A stretch of 64,000 nt of DNA from Lepidodermella squamata (Eukaryota > Animalia > Gastrotricha), in contig JBLDXI010000050.1 in NCBI GenBank assembly GCA_047495785.1, positions 455,908-519,907 of the forward strand. Direction: 5' to 3'. The notes under the pieces were generated by a model that worked only from the letters and a program-made list of their open reading frames with translations, was not told the DNA's origin and did not search any database. A program made the position numbers and the translations under genes. Below are positions 15,001 to 27,200 of the stretch, one piece after another. How positions within the stretch are numbered: position 1 is the first letter of the stretch; the number at the start of each line of letters is the position of its first letter.

Positions 15001-18000
15001 TCACAGCAATGTCAGAAAATTCATTTCTCGGGTGCGAAACGATAATGCATGGCAGACAGAACGCGTCGTGTCAGTTCATTGTGGTAGCTCTCACAGAAAT
15101 TTCAGGAAATTGATTGCTCGGGTGCGAAACGATAATGCCTGGCAGACAAAAGGCGCCGTGTCCGATCATTGTGGTAGCTGTCACAGAAATGTCAGAAAAT
15201 TCATTTCTCGGGTGCGAAACGATAATGCCTGGCAGACAAAAGGCGCCGTGTCCGATCATTGTGGTAGCCATCACAGGAATTTCAGGAAATTCATTGCTCG
15301 GGTGCGAAACGATAATGCCTCGCCGACTGAACGCGTTGTGCCTGCTCATTGTGGTAGATGTAACAGAAATGTCAGAAAATTCATTTCTCGGGTGCGAAAC
15401 GATAAGGCCTGGCAGACAAAACGCGCCGTGTCCGATCATTGTGGTAGCTCTCACAGAAATTCCAGAAAATTCATTGCCCTTGAGTGAATGGAGAATGCCT
15501 CGCCGACAGAACGCGTCGTGTCTGTTCATTGTGGTAGATGTCACAGAAATGTCAGAAAATTCATTTCTCGGGTGCGAAACGATAATGCCTCGCCGACAGA
15601 ACGCGTCGTGTCAGTTCATTGTGGTAGCTCTCACAGAAATTTCAGGAAATTCATTGCTCGGGTGCGAAATAACGATAATGCCTCGCCGACAAAAGGCGCC
15701 GTGTCCGATCATTGTGGTAGCTGTCACAGAAATGTCAGAAAATTCATTTCTCGGGTGCGAAACGATAATGCATGGCAGACAGAACGCGTCGTGTCAGTTC
15801 ATTGTGGTAGCTCTCACAGAAATTTCAGGAAATTGATTGCTCGGGTGCGAAATAACGATAATGCCTCGCCGACAGAACGCGTTGTGTCTGCTCATTGTGG
15901 TAGCTGTCACAGAAATGTCAGAAAATTCATTTCTCGGGTGCGAAACGATAATGCATGGCAGACAGAACGCGTCGTGTCAGCTCATTGTGGTAGCTCTCAC
16001 AGAAATCTCAGGAAATTCATCGCTGGGTTGCGAAACGATAATGCCTCGCCGACAGAACGCGTTGTGCCTGCTCATTGTGGTAGCTGTCACAGAAATGTCA
16101 GAAAATTCATTTCTCGGGTGCGAAACGATAATGCATGGCAGACAGAACGCGTCGTGTCAGCTCATTGTGGTAGCTCTCACAGAAATCTCAGGAAATTCAT
16201 CGCTGGGTTGCGAAACGATAATGCCTCGCCGACAGAACGCGTTGTGCCTGCTCATTGTGGTAGCTGTCACAGAAATGTCAGAAAATTCATTTCTCGGGTG
16301 CGAAACGATAATGCATGGCAGACAGAACGCGTCGTGTCAGCTCATTGTGGTAGCTCTCACAGAAATCTCAGGAAATTCATCGCTGGGTTGCGAAACGATA
16401 ATGCCTCGCCGACAGAACGCGTTGTGCCTGCTCATTGTGGTAGCTGTCACAGAAATGTCAGAAAATTCATTTCTCGGGTGCGAAACGAAAATGCATGGCA
16501 GACAGAACGCGTCGTGTCAGTTCATTGTGGTAGCTCTCACAGAAATTTCAGAAAATTCATTGCCCTTGAGTGAATGGAGAATGCCTCGCCGACAGAACGC
16601 GTCGTGTCTGTTCATTGTGGTAGATGTCACAGAAATTTCAGGAAAATCTTTGCTCGGGTGCGAAACGATAATGCCTCGCCGATAGAACGCGTTGTGTCTG
16701 CTCATTGTGGTAGCTGTCACAGCAATGTCAGAAAATTCATTTCTCGGGTGCGAAACGATAATGCATGGCAGACAGAACGCGTCGTGTCAGTTCATTGTGG
16801 TAGCTCTCACAGAAATTTCAGGAAATTCATTGCTCGGGTGCGAAACGATAATGCCTGGCAGACAAAACGCGCCGTGTCCGATCATTGTGGTAGCTCTCAC
16901 AGAAATTCCAGAAAATTCATTGCCCTTGAGTGAATGGAGAATGCCTCGCCGACAGAACGCGTCGTGTCTGTTCATTGTGGTAGATGTCACAGAAATTTCA
17001 GGAAAATCTTTGCTCGGGTGCGAAACGATAATGCCTCGCCGACAGAACGCGTTGTGCCTGCTCATTGTGGTAGCTGTCACAGAAATGTCAGAAAATTCAT
17101 TTCTCGGGTGCGAAACGATAATGCATGGCAGACAGAACGCGTCGTGTCAGCTCATTGTGGTAGCTCTCACAGAAATCTCAGGAAATTCATCGCTGGGTTG
17201 CGAAACGATAATGCCTCGCCGACAGAACGCGTTGTGCCTGCTCATTGTGGTAGCTGTCACAGAAATGTCAGAAAATTCATTTCTCGGGTGCGAAACGATA
17301 ATGCATGGCAGACAGAACGCGTCGTGTCAGCTCATTGTGGTAGCTCTCACAGAAATCTCAGGAAATTCATCGCTGGGTTGCGAAACGATAATGCCTCGCC
17401 GACAGAACGCGTTGTGCCTGCTCATTGTGGTAGCTGTCACAGAAATGTCAGAAAATTCATTTCTCGGGTGCGAAACGAAAATGCATGGCAGACAGAACGC
17501 GTCGTGTCAGTTCATTGTGGTAGCTCTCACAGAAATTTCAGAAAATTCATTGCCCTTGAGTGAATGGAGAATGCCTCGCCGACAGAACGCGTCGTGTCTG
17601 TTCATTGTGGTAGATGTCACAGAAATTTCAGGAAAATCTTTGCTCGGGTGCGAAACGATAATGCCTCGCCGATAGAACGCGTTGTGTCTGCTCATTGTGG
17701 TAGCTGTCACAGCAATGTCAGAAAATTCATTTCTCGGGTGCGAAACGATAATGCATGGCAGACAGAACGCGTCGTGTCAGTTCATTGTGGTAGCTCTCAC
17801 AGAAATTTCAGGAAATTCATTGCTCGGGTGCGAAACGATAATGCCTGGCAGACAAAACGCGCCGTGTCCGATCATTGTGGTAGCTCTCACAGAAATTCCA
17901 GAAAATTCATTGCCCTTGAGTGAATGGAGAATGCCTCGCCGACAGAACGCGTCGTGTCTGTTCATTGTGGTAGATGTCACAGAAATTTCAGGAAAATCTT

Positions 18001-20343
18001 TGCTCGGGTGCGAAACGATAATGCCTCGCCGACAGAACGCGTTGTGTCTGCTCATTGTGGTAGCTGTCACAGCAATGTCAGAAAATTCATTTCTCGGGTG
18101 CGAAACGATAATGCATGGCAGACAGAACGCGTCGTGTCAGTTCATTGTGGTAGCTCTCACAGAAATTTCAGGAAATTGATTGCTCGGGTGCGAAACGATA
18201 ATGCCTGGCAGACAAAAGGCGCCGTGTCCGATCATTGTGGTAGCTGTCACAGAAATGTCAGAAAATTCATTTCTCGGGTGCGAAACGATAATGCCTGGCA
18301 GACAAAAGGCGCCGTGTCCGATCATTGTGGTAGCCATCACAGGAATTTCAGGAAATTCATTGCTCGGGTGCGAAACGATAATGCCTCGCCGACCGAACGC
18401 GTTGTGCCTGCTCATTGTGGTAGATGTAACAGAAATGTCAGAAAATTCATTTCTCGGGTGCGAAACGATAAGGCCTGGCAGACAAAACGCGCCGTGTCCG
18501 ATCATTGTGGTAGCTCTCACAGAAATTCCAGAAAATTCATTGCCCTTGAGTGAATGGAGAATGCCTCGCCGACAGAACGCGTCGTGTCTGTTCATTGTGG
18601 TAGATGTCACAGAAATGTCAGAAAATTCATTTCTCGGGTGCGAAACGATAATGCCTCGCCGACAGAACGCGTTGTGTCTGCTCATTGTGGTAGCTGTCAC
18701 AGCAATGTCAGAAAATTCATTTCTCGGGTGCGAAACGATAATGCATGGCAGACAGAACGCGTCGTGTCAGTTCATTGTGGTAGCTCTCACAGAAATTTCA
18801 GAAAATTCATTGCCCTTGAGTGAATGGAGAATGCCTCGCCGACAGAACGCGTCGTGTCTGTTCATTGTGGTAGATGTCACAGAAATTTCAGGAAAATCTT
18901 TGCTCGGGTGCGAAACGATAATGCCTCGCCGATAGAACGCGTTGTGTCTGCTCATTGTGGTAGCTGTCACAGCAATGTCAGAAAATTCATTTCTCGGGTG
19001 CGAAACGATAATGCATGGCAGACAGAACGCGTCGTGTCAGTTCATTGTGGTAGCTCTCACAGAAATTTCAGGAAATTCATTGCTCGGGTGCGAAACGATA
19101 ATGCCTGGCAGACAAAACGCGCCGTGTCCGATCATTGTGGTAGCTCTCACAGAAATTCCAGAAAATTCATTGCCCTTGAGTGAATGGAGAATGCCTCGCC
19201 GACAGAACGCGTCGTGTCTGTTCATTGTGGTAGATGTCACAGAAATTTCAGGAAAATCTTTGCTCGGGTGCGAAACGATAATGCCTCGCCGACAGAACGC
19301 GTTGTGTCTGCTCATTGTGGTAGCTGTCACAGCAATGTCAGAAAATTCATTTCTCGGGTGCGAAACGATAATGCATGGCAGACAGAACGCGTCGTGTCAG
19401 TTCATTGTGGTAGCTCTCACAGAAATTTCAGGAAATTGATTGCTCGGGTGCGAAACGATAATGCCTGGCAGACAAAAGGCGCCGTGTCCGATCATTGTGG
19501 TAGCTGTCACAGAAATGTCAGAAAATTCATTTCTCGGGTGCGAAACGATAATGCCTGGCAGACAAAAGGCGCCGTGTCCGATCATTGTGGTAGCCATCAC
19601 AGGAATTTCAGGAAATTCATTGCTCGGGTGCGAAACGATAATGCCTCGCCGACCGAACGCGTTGTGCCTGCTCATTGTGGTAGATGTAACAGAAATGTCA
19701 GAAAATTCATTTCTCGGGTGCGAAACGATAAGGCCTGGCAGACAAAACGCGCCGTGTCCGATCATTGTGGTAGCTCTCACAGAAATTTCAGAAAATTCAT
19801 TGCCCTTGAGTGAATAGAGAATTCCTCGCCGACAGAACGCGCCGTGTCCGATCATTCTGGTAGCTCTCACAGAAAATTCATTGCCCTTGAGTGAAAGAAG
19901 AACGCCTCGCCGACAGAGCGCGTCGTGTCCGATCATTGTGGTAGCTCTCACAGCAATTTCAGAACATTCATTTCTCGGGTGCGAAACGATAATGCCTGGC
20001 AGACAAAACGCGCCGTGTCAGTTTATTGTGGTAGCTCTCAAAGAAATTTCAGAAAATTCATTGCTCGGGTGCGAAACGATAATGCCTGGCAGACAAAACG
20101 CATCGTGTCAGTTAATTTCGCTAGCTCTCACAGAAAATTCAGAAAATTTATTGCCCTTGAGTGAATGGAGAATGCCTCGCCGACAGAACGCATCGTGTCC
20201 GATCATTGTGGTAGCTCTCACAGAAATGTCATGAAATGAATTGTCTAGGAGGAAATCGAGAATACAGCCAGACATGACGCATCGTGTCAGTTCATTCTGG
20301 TAGCTCTCACAGAAATTTCAGGAAATTCATTGCTCGGGTGCGA
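1..20343. repeat. 90-bp tandem satellite, block 1 (homogeneous domain, mostly full 90-bp monomers, 180-bp dimer structure)
   Basis: Head-to-tail repeat, approximate consensus ATAATGCCTGGCAGACAAAACGCGTCGTGTCCGATCATTGTGGTAGCTCTCACAGAAATTTCAGAAAATTCATTGCTCGGGTGCGAAACG. The 90-bp period is directly visible (monomers start at 1, 91, 181, 271...). The array continues past the left window edge. Confidence 0.98.
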
Positions 20344-21228
20344 TCCGGGCGATCCGTTCTTTAAGCGATTGCATCGAACTGCAGAAAGACTTGGATGAAA
20401 TCATCAACTGGTTTGACGCTAACGGCCTGTCTGTGAATTCGAAAAAATGCGTCGTGCTTATACTCGGGCAAAACAAATTTATGTTCAAATTCAAAATTAA
20501 AGATGTCGAGCTTGATGTTGTGGACTCAGTGAAAGACCTCGGAATAATTATTGATAAAAATCTCACCTTCTCTGAGCACTGTAACGCATTGGCAACTAAA
20601 TGCCTCAGAATTAACGGTGTTATTTGTAAATCGTTCGCCTCTAAATCCTTACGTCTCAAAGCCTATAAAACGTATACTTTATCTCGTCTTGACTTTTGCC
20701 CGTCTGTTTACTCGCGTTACCTAATAACAGATATTGAAAAGGTCGAATCGATTCAAATCCGCTTCACAAAACGTTTGCTATATCGTAGTACCTACTACTC
20801 ATCGATCGAAGGCTCTTCCTATGAAGAACGACTAAAAAAGCTTGGGTTGTGTTCACTCGAATTAAGACGCTACCAACACGATCTTGCGTTATGTCATAAA
20901 ATGTACCAGCGTGCTGTGGACTTAAATTTCTCTGACTTCTTTAATATTTCCACTAATCCGCGCTTACCGCATCATTCTGTTACGATGGAAAGCTACAGTC
21001 ATGCCAGCTCTCAGTTTTCATTTGTGAGGCGAGTGCGTCCAGCCTGGAACCGGCTACCATCTTCCGTCGTTAATAATTCGTATTCTTCATTCTTGAAATA
21101 TCTTAAATGTACTGACTTGGAAAAATTCACAATTTCTGTGGTGAGGCGCCATAACTTAACGTTTTGTTAATTCTTAATTGCTAAATGTCGAAAGACAAAT
21201 TGCAAAATAAAACAGTATCAGTACTACC
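20344..21228 (+). mobile_element. 5'-truncated non-LTR retrotransposon (LINE, CR1/L2-like), 885 bp, flanked by GCGA duplication
   Basis: Non-satellite insert. GCGA lies at 20340-20343 and 21229-21232, and removing the insert restores gggtGCGAaacgat. It encodes the C-terminal part of an RT ORF. AATAAA at 21206-21211 is followed by a short CAGTAT-CAGTAC repeat tail rather than poly(A), as expected for CR1/L2-group elements. Confidence 0.9.
20346..21170 (+). pseudogene. LINE ORF2 fragment: end of the reverse transcriptase domain and C-terminal region
   Basis: Open frame reads SDCIELQKDLDEIINWFDANGLSVNSKKC...VKDLGIIIDKNLTFSEHC...IEKVESIQIRFTKRL...SYEERLKKLGLCSLELRRYQHDL, motifs typical of CR1/L2/Jockey-group ORF2 just after the YADD box. 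The YADD motif and endonuclease are missing (5' truncation). The remaining part has no internal stops. Confidence 0.88.
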
Positions 21229-24200
21229 GCGAAACGATAATGCCTGGCAGACAAAACGTGTCGTGTCCGATCATTGTGGTAGCTCTCAGAGAAATTTCAG
21301 GAAATTCATTGCCCTTGAGTGAATGGAGAATGCCTCGCCGAAAGAACGCGTCGTGTCCGATTATTGTGGTAGCTCTCACATAAATTTCAGGAAATTCATT
21401 GCTCGGGTGCGAAACGATAATGCCTGGCAGACAAAACGCATCGTGTCCGATCATTGTGGTAGCTCTCACAGAAATGTCATGAAATGAATTGTCTAGGAGG
21501 AAATCGAGAATACAGCCAGACATGACGCATCGTGTCAGTTCATTGTGGTAGCTCTCACAGAAATTTCAGGAAATTCATTGCTCGGGTGCGAAACGATAAT
21601 GCCTGGCAGACAAAACGTGTCGTGTCCGATCATTGTGGTAGCTCTCAGAGAAATTTCAGGAAATTCATTGCCCTTGAGTGAATGGAGAATGCCTCGCCGA
21701 AAGAACGCGTCGTGTCCGATTATTGTGGTAGCTCTCACATAAATTTCAGGAAATTCATTGCTCGGGTGCGAAACGATAATGCCTGGCAGACAAAACGCAT
21801 CGTATCAGTTAATTGTGGTAGCTCTTACAGAAATTTCAGAAAATTCATTGCCCTTGAGTGAAAGGAGAATGGCTCGCCGAAAGAACGCATCGTGTCTGTT
21901 TATTGTGGTAGCCATCACAGGAATTTCAGGAAATTCATTGCTCGGGTGCGAAACGATAATGCCTCGCCGACAGAACGCATCGTGTATGTTTATTGTGGTA
22001 GCCATCACAGGAATTTCAGGAAATTCATTGCTCGGGTGCGAAACGATAATGCCTGGCAGACAAAACGCATCGTGTCCGATCATTGTGGTAGCCATCACAG
22101 AAATGTCATGAAATGAATTGTCTAGGAGGAAATCGAGAATACAGCCAGACATGACGCATCGTGTCAGTTCATTGTGGTAGCTCTTACAGAAATTTCAGAA
22201 AATTCATTGCCCTTGAGTGAATGGAGAATGCCTCGCCGACAGAACGCATCGTGTCTGTTTATTGTGGTAGCCATCACAGGAATTTCAGGAAATTCATTGC
22301 TCGGGTGCGAAACGATAATGCCTGGCAGACAAAACGCATCGTGTCCGATCATTGTGGTAGCCATCACAGAAATGTCATGAAATGAATTGTCTAGGAGGAA
22401 ATCGAGAATACAGCCAGACATGACGCATCGTGTCAGTTCATTGTGGTAGCTCTCACAGAAATTTCAGGAAATTCATTGCTCGGGTGCGAAACGATAATGC
22501 CTGGCAGACAAAACGTGTCGTGTCCGATCATTGTGGTAGCTCTCAGAGAAATTTCAGGAAATTCATTGCCCTTGAGTGAATGGAGAATGCCTCGCCGAAA
22601 GAACGCGTCGTGTCCGATTATTGTGGTAGCTCTCACAGAAATTTCAGGAAATTCATTGCTCTGGTGCGAAACGATAATGCCTGGCAGACAAAACGTGTCG
22701 TGTCCGATCATTGTGGTAGCTCTCAGAGAAATCTCAGAAAATTCATTGCTCGGGTGCGAAACGATAATGCCTGGCAGACAGAACGCATCGTGTCCGATCA
22801 TTGTGGTAGCTCTCAGAGAAATCTCAGAAAATTCATTGCTTGGGTGCGAAGCGATAATGCCTGGCAGACAAAACGTGTCGTGTTCGATCATTGTGGTAGC
22901 TCTCAGAGAAATTTCAGGAAATTCATTGCTCGGGTGCGAAACTATAATGCCTGGCAGACAAAACGCGCCGTGTCCGATCATTGTGGTAGCTCTCACAGAA
23001 ATTTCAGAAAATTCATTGCGCGGGTCCGATCATTGTGGTAGCTCTCAGAGAAATCTCAGAAAATTCATTGCTCGGGTGCGAAACGATAATGCCTGGCAGA
23101 CAAAAAGCATCGTGTCCGATCATTGTGGTAGCTCTCACAGAAATTTCAGAAAATTCATTGCCCTTGAGTGAAAGGAGAATGCCTCGCCGACAGAACGCAT
23201 CGTGTCTGTTCATTGTGTTAGCTGTCACAGAAATGTCATGAAAAGAATTGTCTAGGAGGAAATCGAGAATACAGCCAGACATGACGCATCGTGTCAGTTC
23301 ATTGTGGTAGCTCTCACAGAAATTTCAGGAAATTCATTGCTCGGGTGCGAAACGATAATGCCTGGCAGACAAAACGCATCGTGTCCGATCATTGTGGTAG
23401 CTCCCACAGAAATGTCATGAAATGAATTGTCTAGGAGGAAATCGAGAATACAGCCAGACAAAACGCGCCGTGTCCGATCATTGTGGTAGCTCTCGCAGAA
23501 AATTCATTGCCCTTGAGTGAATGGAGAATGGCTCGCCGACAGAACGCATCGTGTCTGTTTATTGTGGTAGCCATCACAGGAATTTCAGGAAATTCATTGC
23601 TCGGGTGCGAAACGATAATGCCTGCAGAAAAACGCATCTTGTCCGATCATTTTAGTAGCTCTCACAGAAATTTCAGACAATTCATTGCCCTTGAGTGAAT
23701 GGAGAATGCCTCGCCGACAGAACGCATCGTGTCTGTTTATTGTGGTAGCCATCACAGAAATTTCAGAAAATTTATTGCCCCTGAGTGAAAGGAGAATGCC
23801 TCGCCGACAGAACGCGTTGTGTCCGATCATTGTGGTAGCTCTCACAGAAATTTCAGTAAATTTATTGCCCTTGAGTGAAAGGAGAATGCCTCGCCGACAG
23901 AACGCGTCGTGTCTGTTCATTGTGTTAGCTGTCACAGAAATGTCATGAAAAGAATTGTCTAGGAGGAAATCGAGAATACAGCCAGACAGAACGCATCGTG
24001 TCCGATCATTGTGGTAGCTCTCACAGAAATTTCAGAAAATTCATTTCTCGGTTGCGAATCGATAATGCCTGCAGAAAAACGCATCTTGTCCGATCATTTT
24101 AGTAGCTCTCACAGAAATTTCAGAAAATTTATTGCCCTTGAGTGAAAGGAGAATGCCTCGCCGCCAGAACGCATCGTGTCTGTTTATTGTGGTAGCCATC

Positions 24201-27200
24201 ACAGAAATTTCAGAAAATTTATTGCCCTTGAGTGAAAGGAGAATGCCTCGCCGACAGAACGCGTTGTGTCCGATCATTGTGGTAGCTCTCACAGAAATTT
24301 CAGTAAATTTATTGCCCTTGAGTGAAAGGAGAATGCCTCGCCGACAGAACGCGTTGTGTCTGCTTATTGTGTTAGCTGTCACAGAATTGTGAGAAAATTC
24401 ATTGCTCGGGTGCGAAACGATAATGCCTGGCAGACAAAACGCAGCGTGTCCGATCATTGTGGTAGCTCTCATAGAAATTTCAGAAAATTCATTTCTCGGT
24501 TGCGAATCGATAATGCCTGCAGAAAAACGCATCTTGTCCGATCATTTTAGTAGCTCTCACAGAAATTTCAGAAAATTCATTGCCCTTGAGTGAATGAAGA
24601 ATGGCTCGCCGGCAGAACGCGACGTCTCCGATCATTGTGGTAGCTCTCACAGAAAATTCATTGCCCTTCAGTGAATGAAGAATGCCTCGCCGACAGAACG
24701 CATCGTGTCTGTTCATTGTGTTAGCTGTCACAGAAATGTCATGAAAAGAATTGTCTAGGAGGAAATTGAGAATACAGCCAGACAGAACGCATCGTGTCCG
24801 ATCATTGTGGTAGCTCTCATAGAAATTTCAGAAAATTCATTGCTCGGGTGCGAAACGATAATGCCTGCAGAAAAACGCATCTTGTCCGATCATTTTAGTA
24901 GCTCTCACAGAAATTTCAGACAATTCATTGCCCTTGAGTGAATGGAGAATGGCTCGCCGGCAGAACGCGACGTGTCCGATCATTGTGGTAGCTCTCACAG
25001 AAATTTCAGAAAATTTATTGCCCTTGAGTGAATGGAGAATGCCTCGCCGACAGAACGCATCGTGTCTGTTTATTGTGGTAGCCATCACAGAAATTTCAGA
25101 AAATTTATTGCCCTTGAGTGAAAGGAGAATGCCTCGCCGACAGAACGCGTCGTGTCCGATCATTGTGGTAGCTCTCACAGAAATTTCAGTAAATTTATTG
25201 CCCTTGAGTGAAAGGAGAATGCCTCGCCGACAGAACGCGTTGTGTCTGCTTATTGTGTTAGCTGTCACAGAATTGTGAGAAAATTCATTTCTCGGGATCG
25301 AAACGATTTCAGGAAATTCATTGCTCGGGTGCGAAACGATAATGCCTGGCAGACAAAACGCAGCGTGTCCGATCATTGTGGTAGCTCTCACAGAAATTTC
25401 AGAAAATTCATTTCTCGGTTGCGAATCGATAATGCCTGCAGAAAAACGCATCTTGTCCGATCATTTTAGTAGCTCTCACAGAAATTTCAGAAAATTCATT
25501 GCCCTTGAGTGAATGAAGAATGGCTCGCCGGCAGAACGCGACGTCTCCGATCATTGTGGTAGCTCTCACAGAAAATTCATTGCCCTTCAGTGAATGGAGA
25601 ATGCCTCGCCGACAGAACGCATCGTGTCTGTTCATTGTGTTAGCTGTCACAGAAATGTCATGAAAAGAATTGTCTAGGAGGAAATTGAGAATACAGCCAG
25701 ACAGAACGCATCGTGTCCGATCATTGTGGTAGCTCTCATAGAAATTTCAGAAAATTCATTTCTCGGTTGCGAATCGATAATGCCTGCAGAAAAACGCATC
25801 TTGTCCGATCATTTTAGTAGCTCTCACAGAAATTTCAGACAATTCATTGCCCTTGAGTGAATGGAGAATGGCTCGCCGGCAGAACGCGACGTGTCCGATC
25901 ATTGTGGTAGCTCTCACAGAAATTTCAGAAAATTTATTGCCCTTGAGTGAATGGAGAATGCCTCGCCGACAGAACGCATCGTGTCTGTTTATTGTGGTAG
26001 CCATCACAGAAATTTCAGAAAATTTATTGCCCTTGAGTGAAAGGAGAATGCCTCGCCGACAGAACGCGTCGTGTCCGATCATTGTGGTAGCTCTCACAGA
26101 AATTTCAGTAAATTTATTGCCCTTGAGTGAAAGGAGAATGCCTCGCCGACAGAACGCGTTGTGTCTGCTTATTGTGTTAGCTGTCACAGAATTGTGAGAA
26201 AATTCATTTCTCGGGATCGAAACGATTTCAGGAAATTCATTGCTCGGGTGCGAAACGATAATGCCTGGCAGACAAAACGCAGCGTGTCCGATCATTGTGG
26301 TAGCTCTCACAGAAATTTCAGAAAATTCATTTCTCGGTTGCGAATCGATAATGCCTGCAGAAAAACGCATCTTGTCCGATCATTTTAGTAGCTTTCACAG
26401 AAATTTCAGAAAATTCATTGCCCTTGAGTGAATGAAGAATGGCTCGCCGGCAGAACGCGACGTCTCCGATCATTGTGGTAGCTCTCACAGAAAATTCATT
26501 GCCCTTCAGTGAATGGAGAATGCCTCGCCGACAGAACGCATCGTGTCTGTTCATTGTGTTAGCTGTCACAGAAATGTCATGAAAAGAATTGTCTAGGAGG
26601 AAATTGAGAATACAGCCAGACAGAACGCATCGTGTCCGATCATTGTGGTAGCTCTCATAGAAATTTCAGAAAATTCATTTCTCGGTTGCGAATCGATAAT
26701 GCCTGCAGAAAAACGCATCTTGTCCGATCATTTTAGTAGCTCTCACAGAAATTTCAGACAATTCATTGCCCTTGAGTGAATGGAGAATGGCTCGCCGGCA
26801 GAACGCGACGTGTCCGATCATTTTGGTAGCTCTCACAGAAATTTCAGAAAATTTATTGCCCTTGAGTGAAAGGAGAATGCCTCGCCGACAGAACGCGTTG
26901 TGTCCGATCATTGTGGTAGCTCTCACAGAAATTTCAGAAAATTCATTTCTCGGGTGCGAAACGATAATGTGGTAGCTCTCACAGAAATTTCAGAAAATTC
27001 ATTTCCCGGTTGCGAATCGATAATGCCTGCAGAAAAACGCATCTTGTCCGATCATTTTAGTAGCTCTCACAGAAATTTCAGAAAATTCATTGCCCTTGAG
27101 TGAATGAAGAATGGCTCGCCGGCAGAACGCGACGTGTCCGATCATTGTGGTAGCTCTCGCAGAAAATTCATTGCCCTTGAGTGAATGGAGAATGGCTCGC

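Noticed and set aside
4-19817. Long ORFs (up to 779 aa) of 30-aa repeats on both strands
   Set aside because: A 90-bp monomer that happens to lack stops in several frames. Overlapping frames are open simultaneously, 1-bp deletions (about 503, 1582, 3291, 7341) swap frames, and stop-creating variants are freely amplified. No evidence of coding selection.
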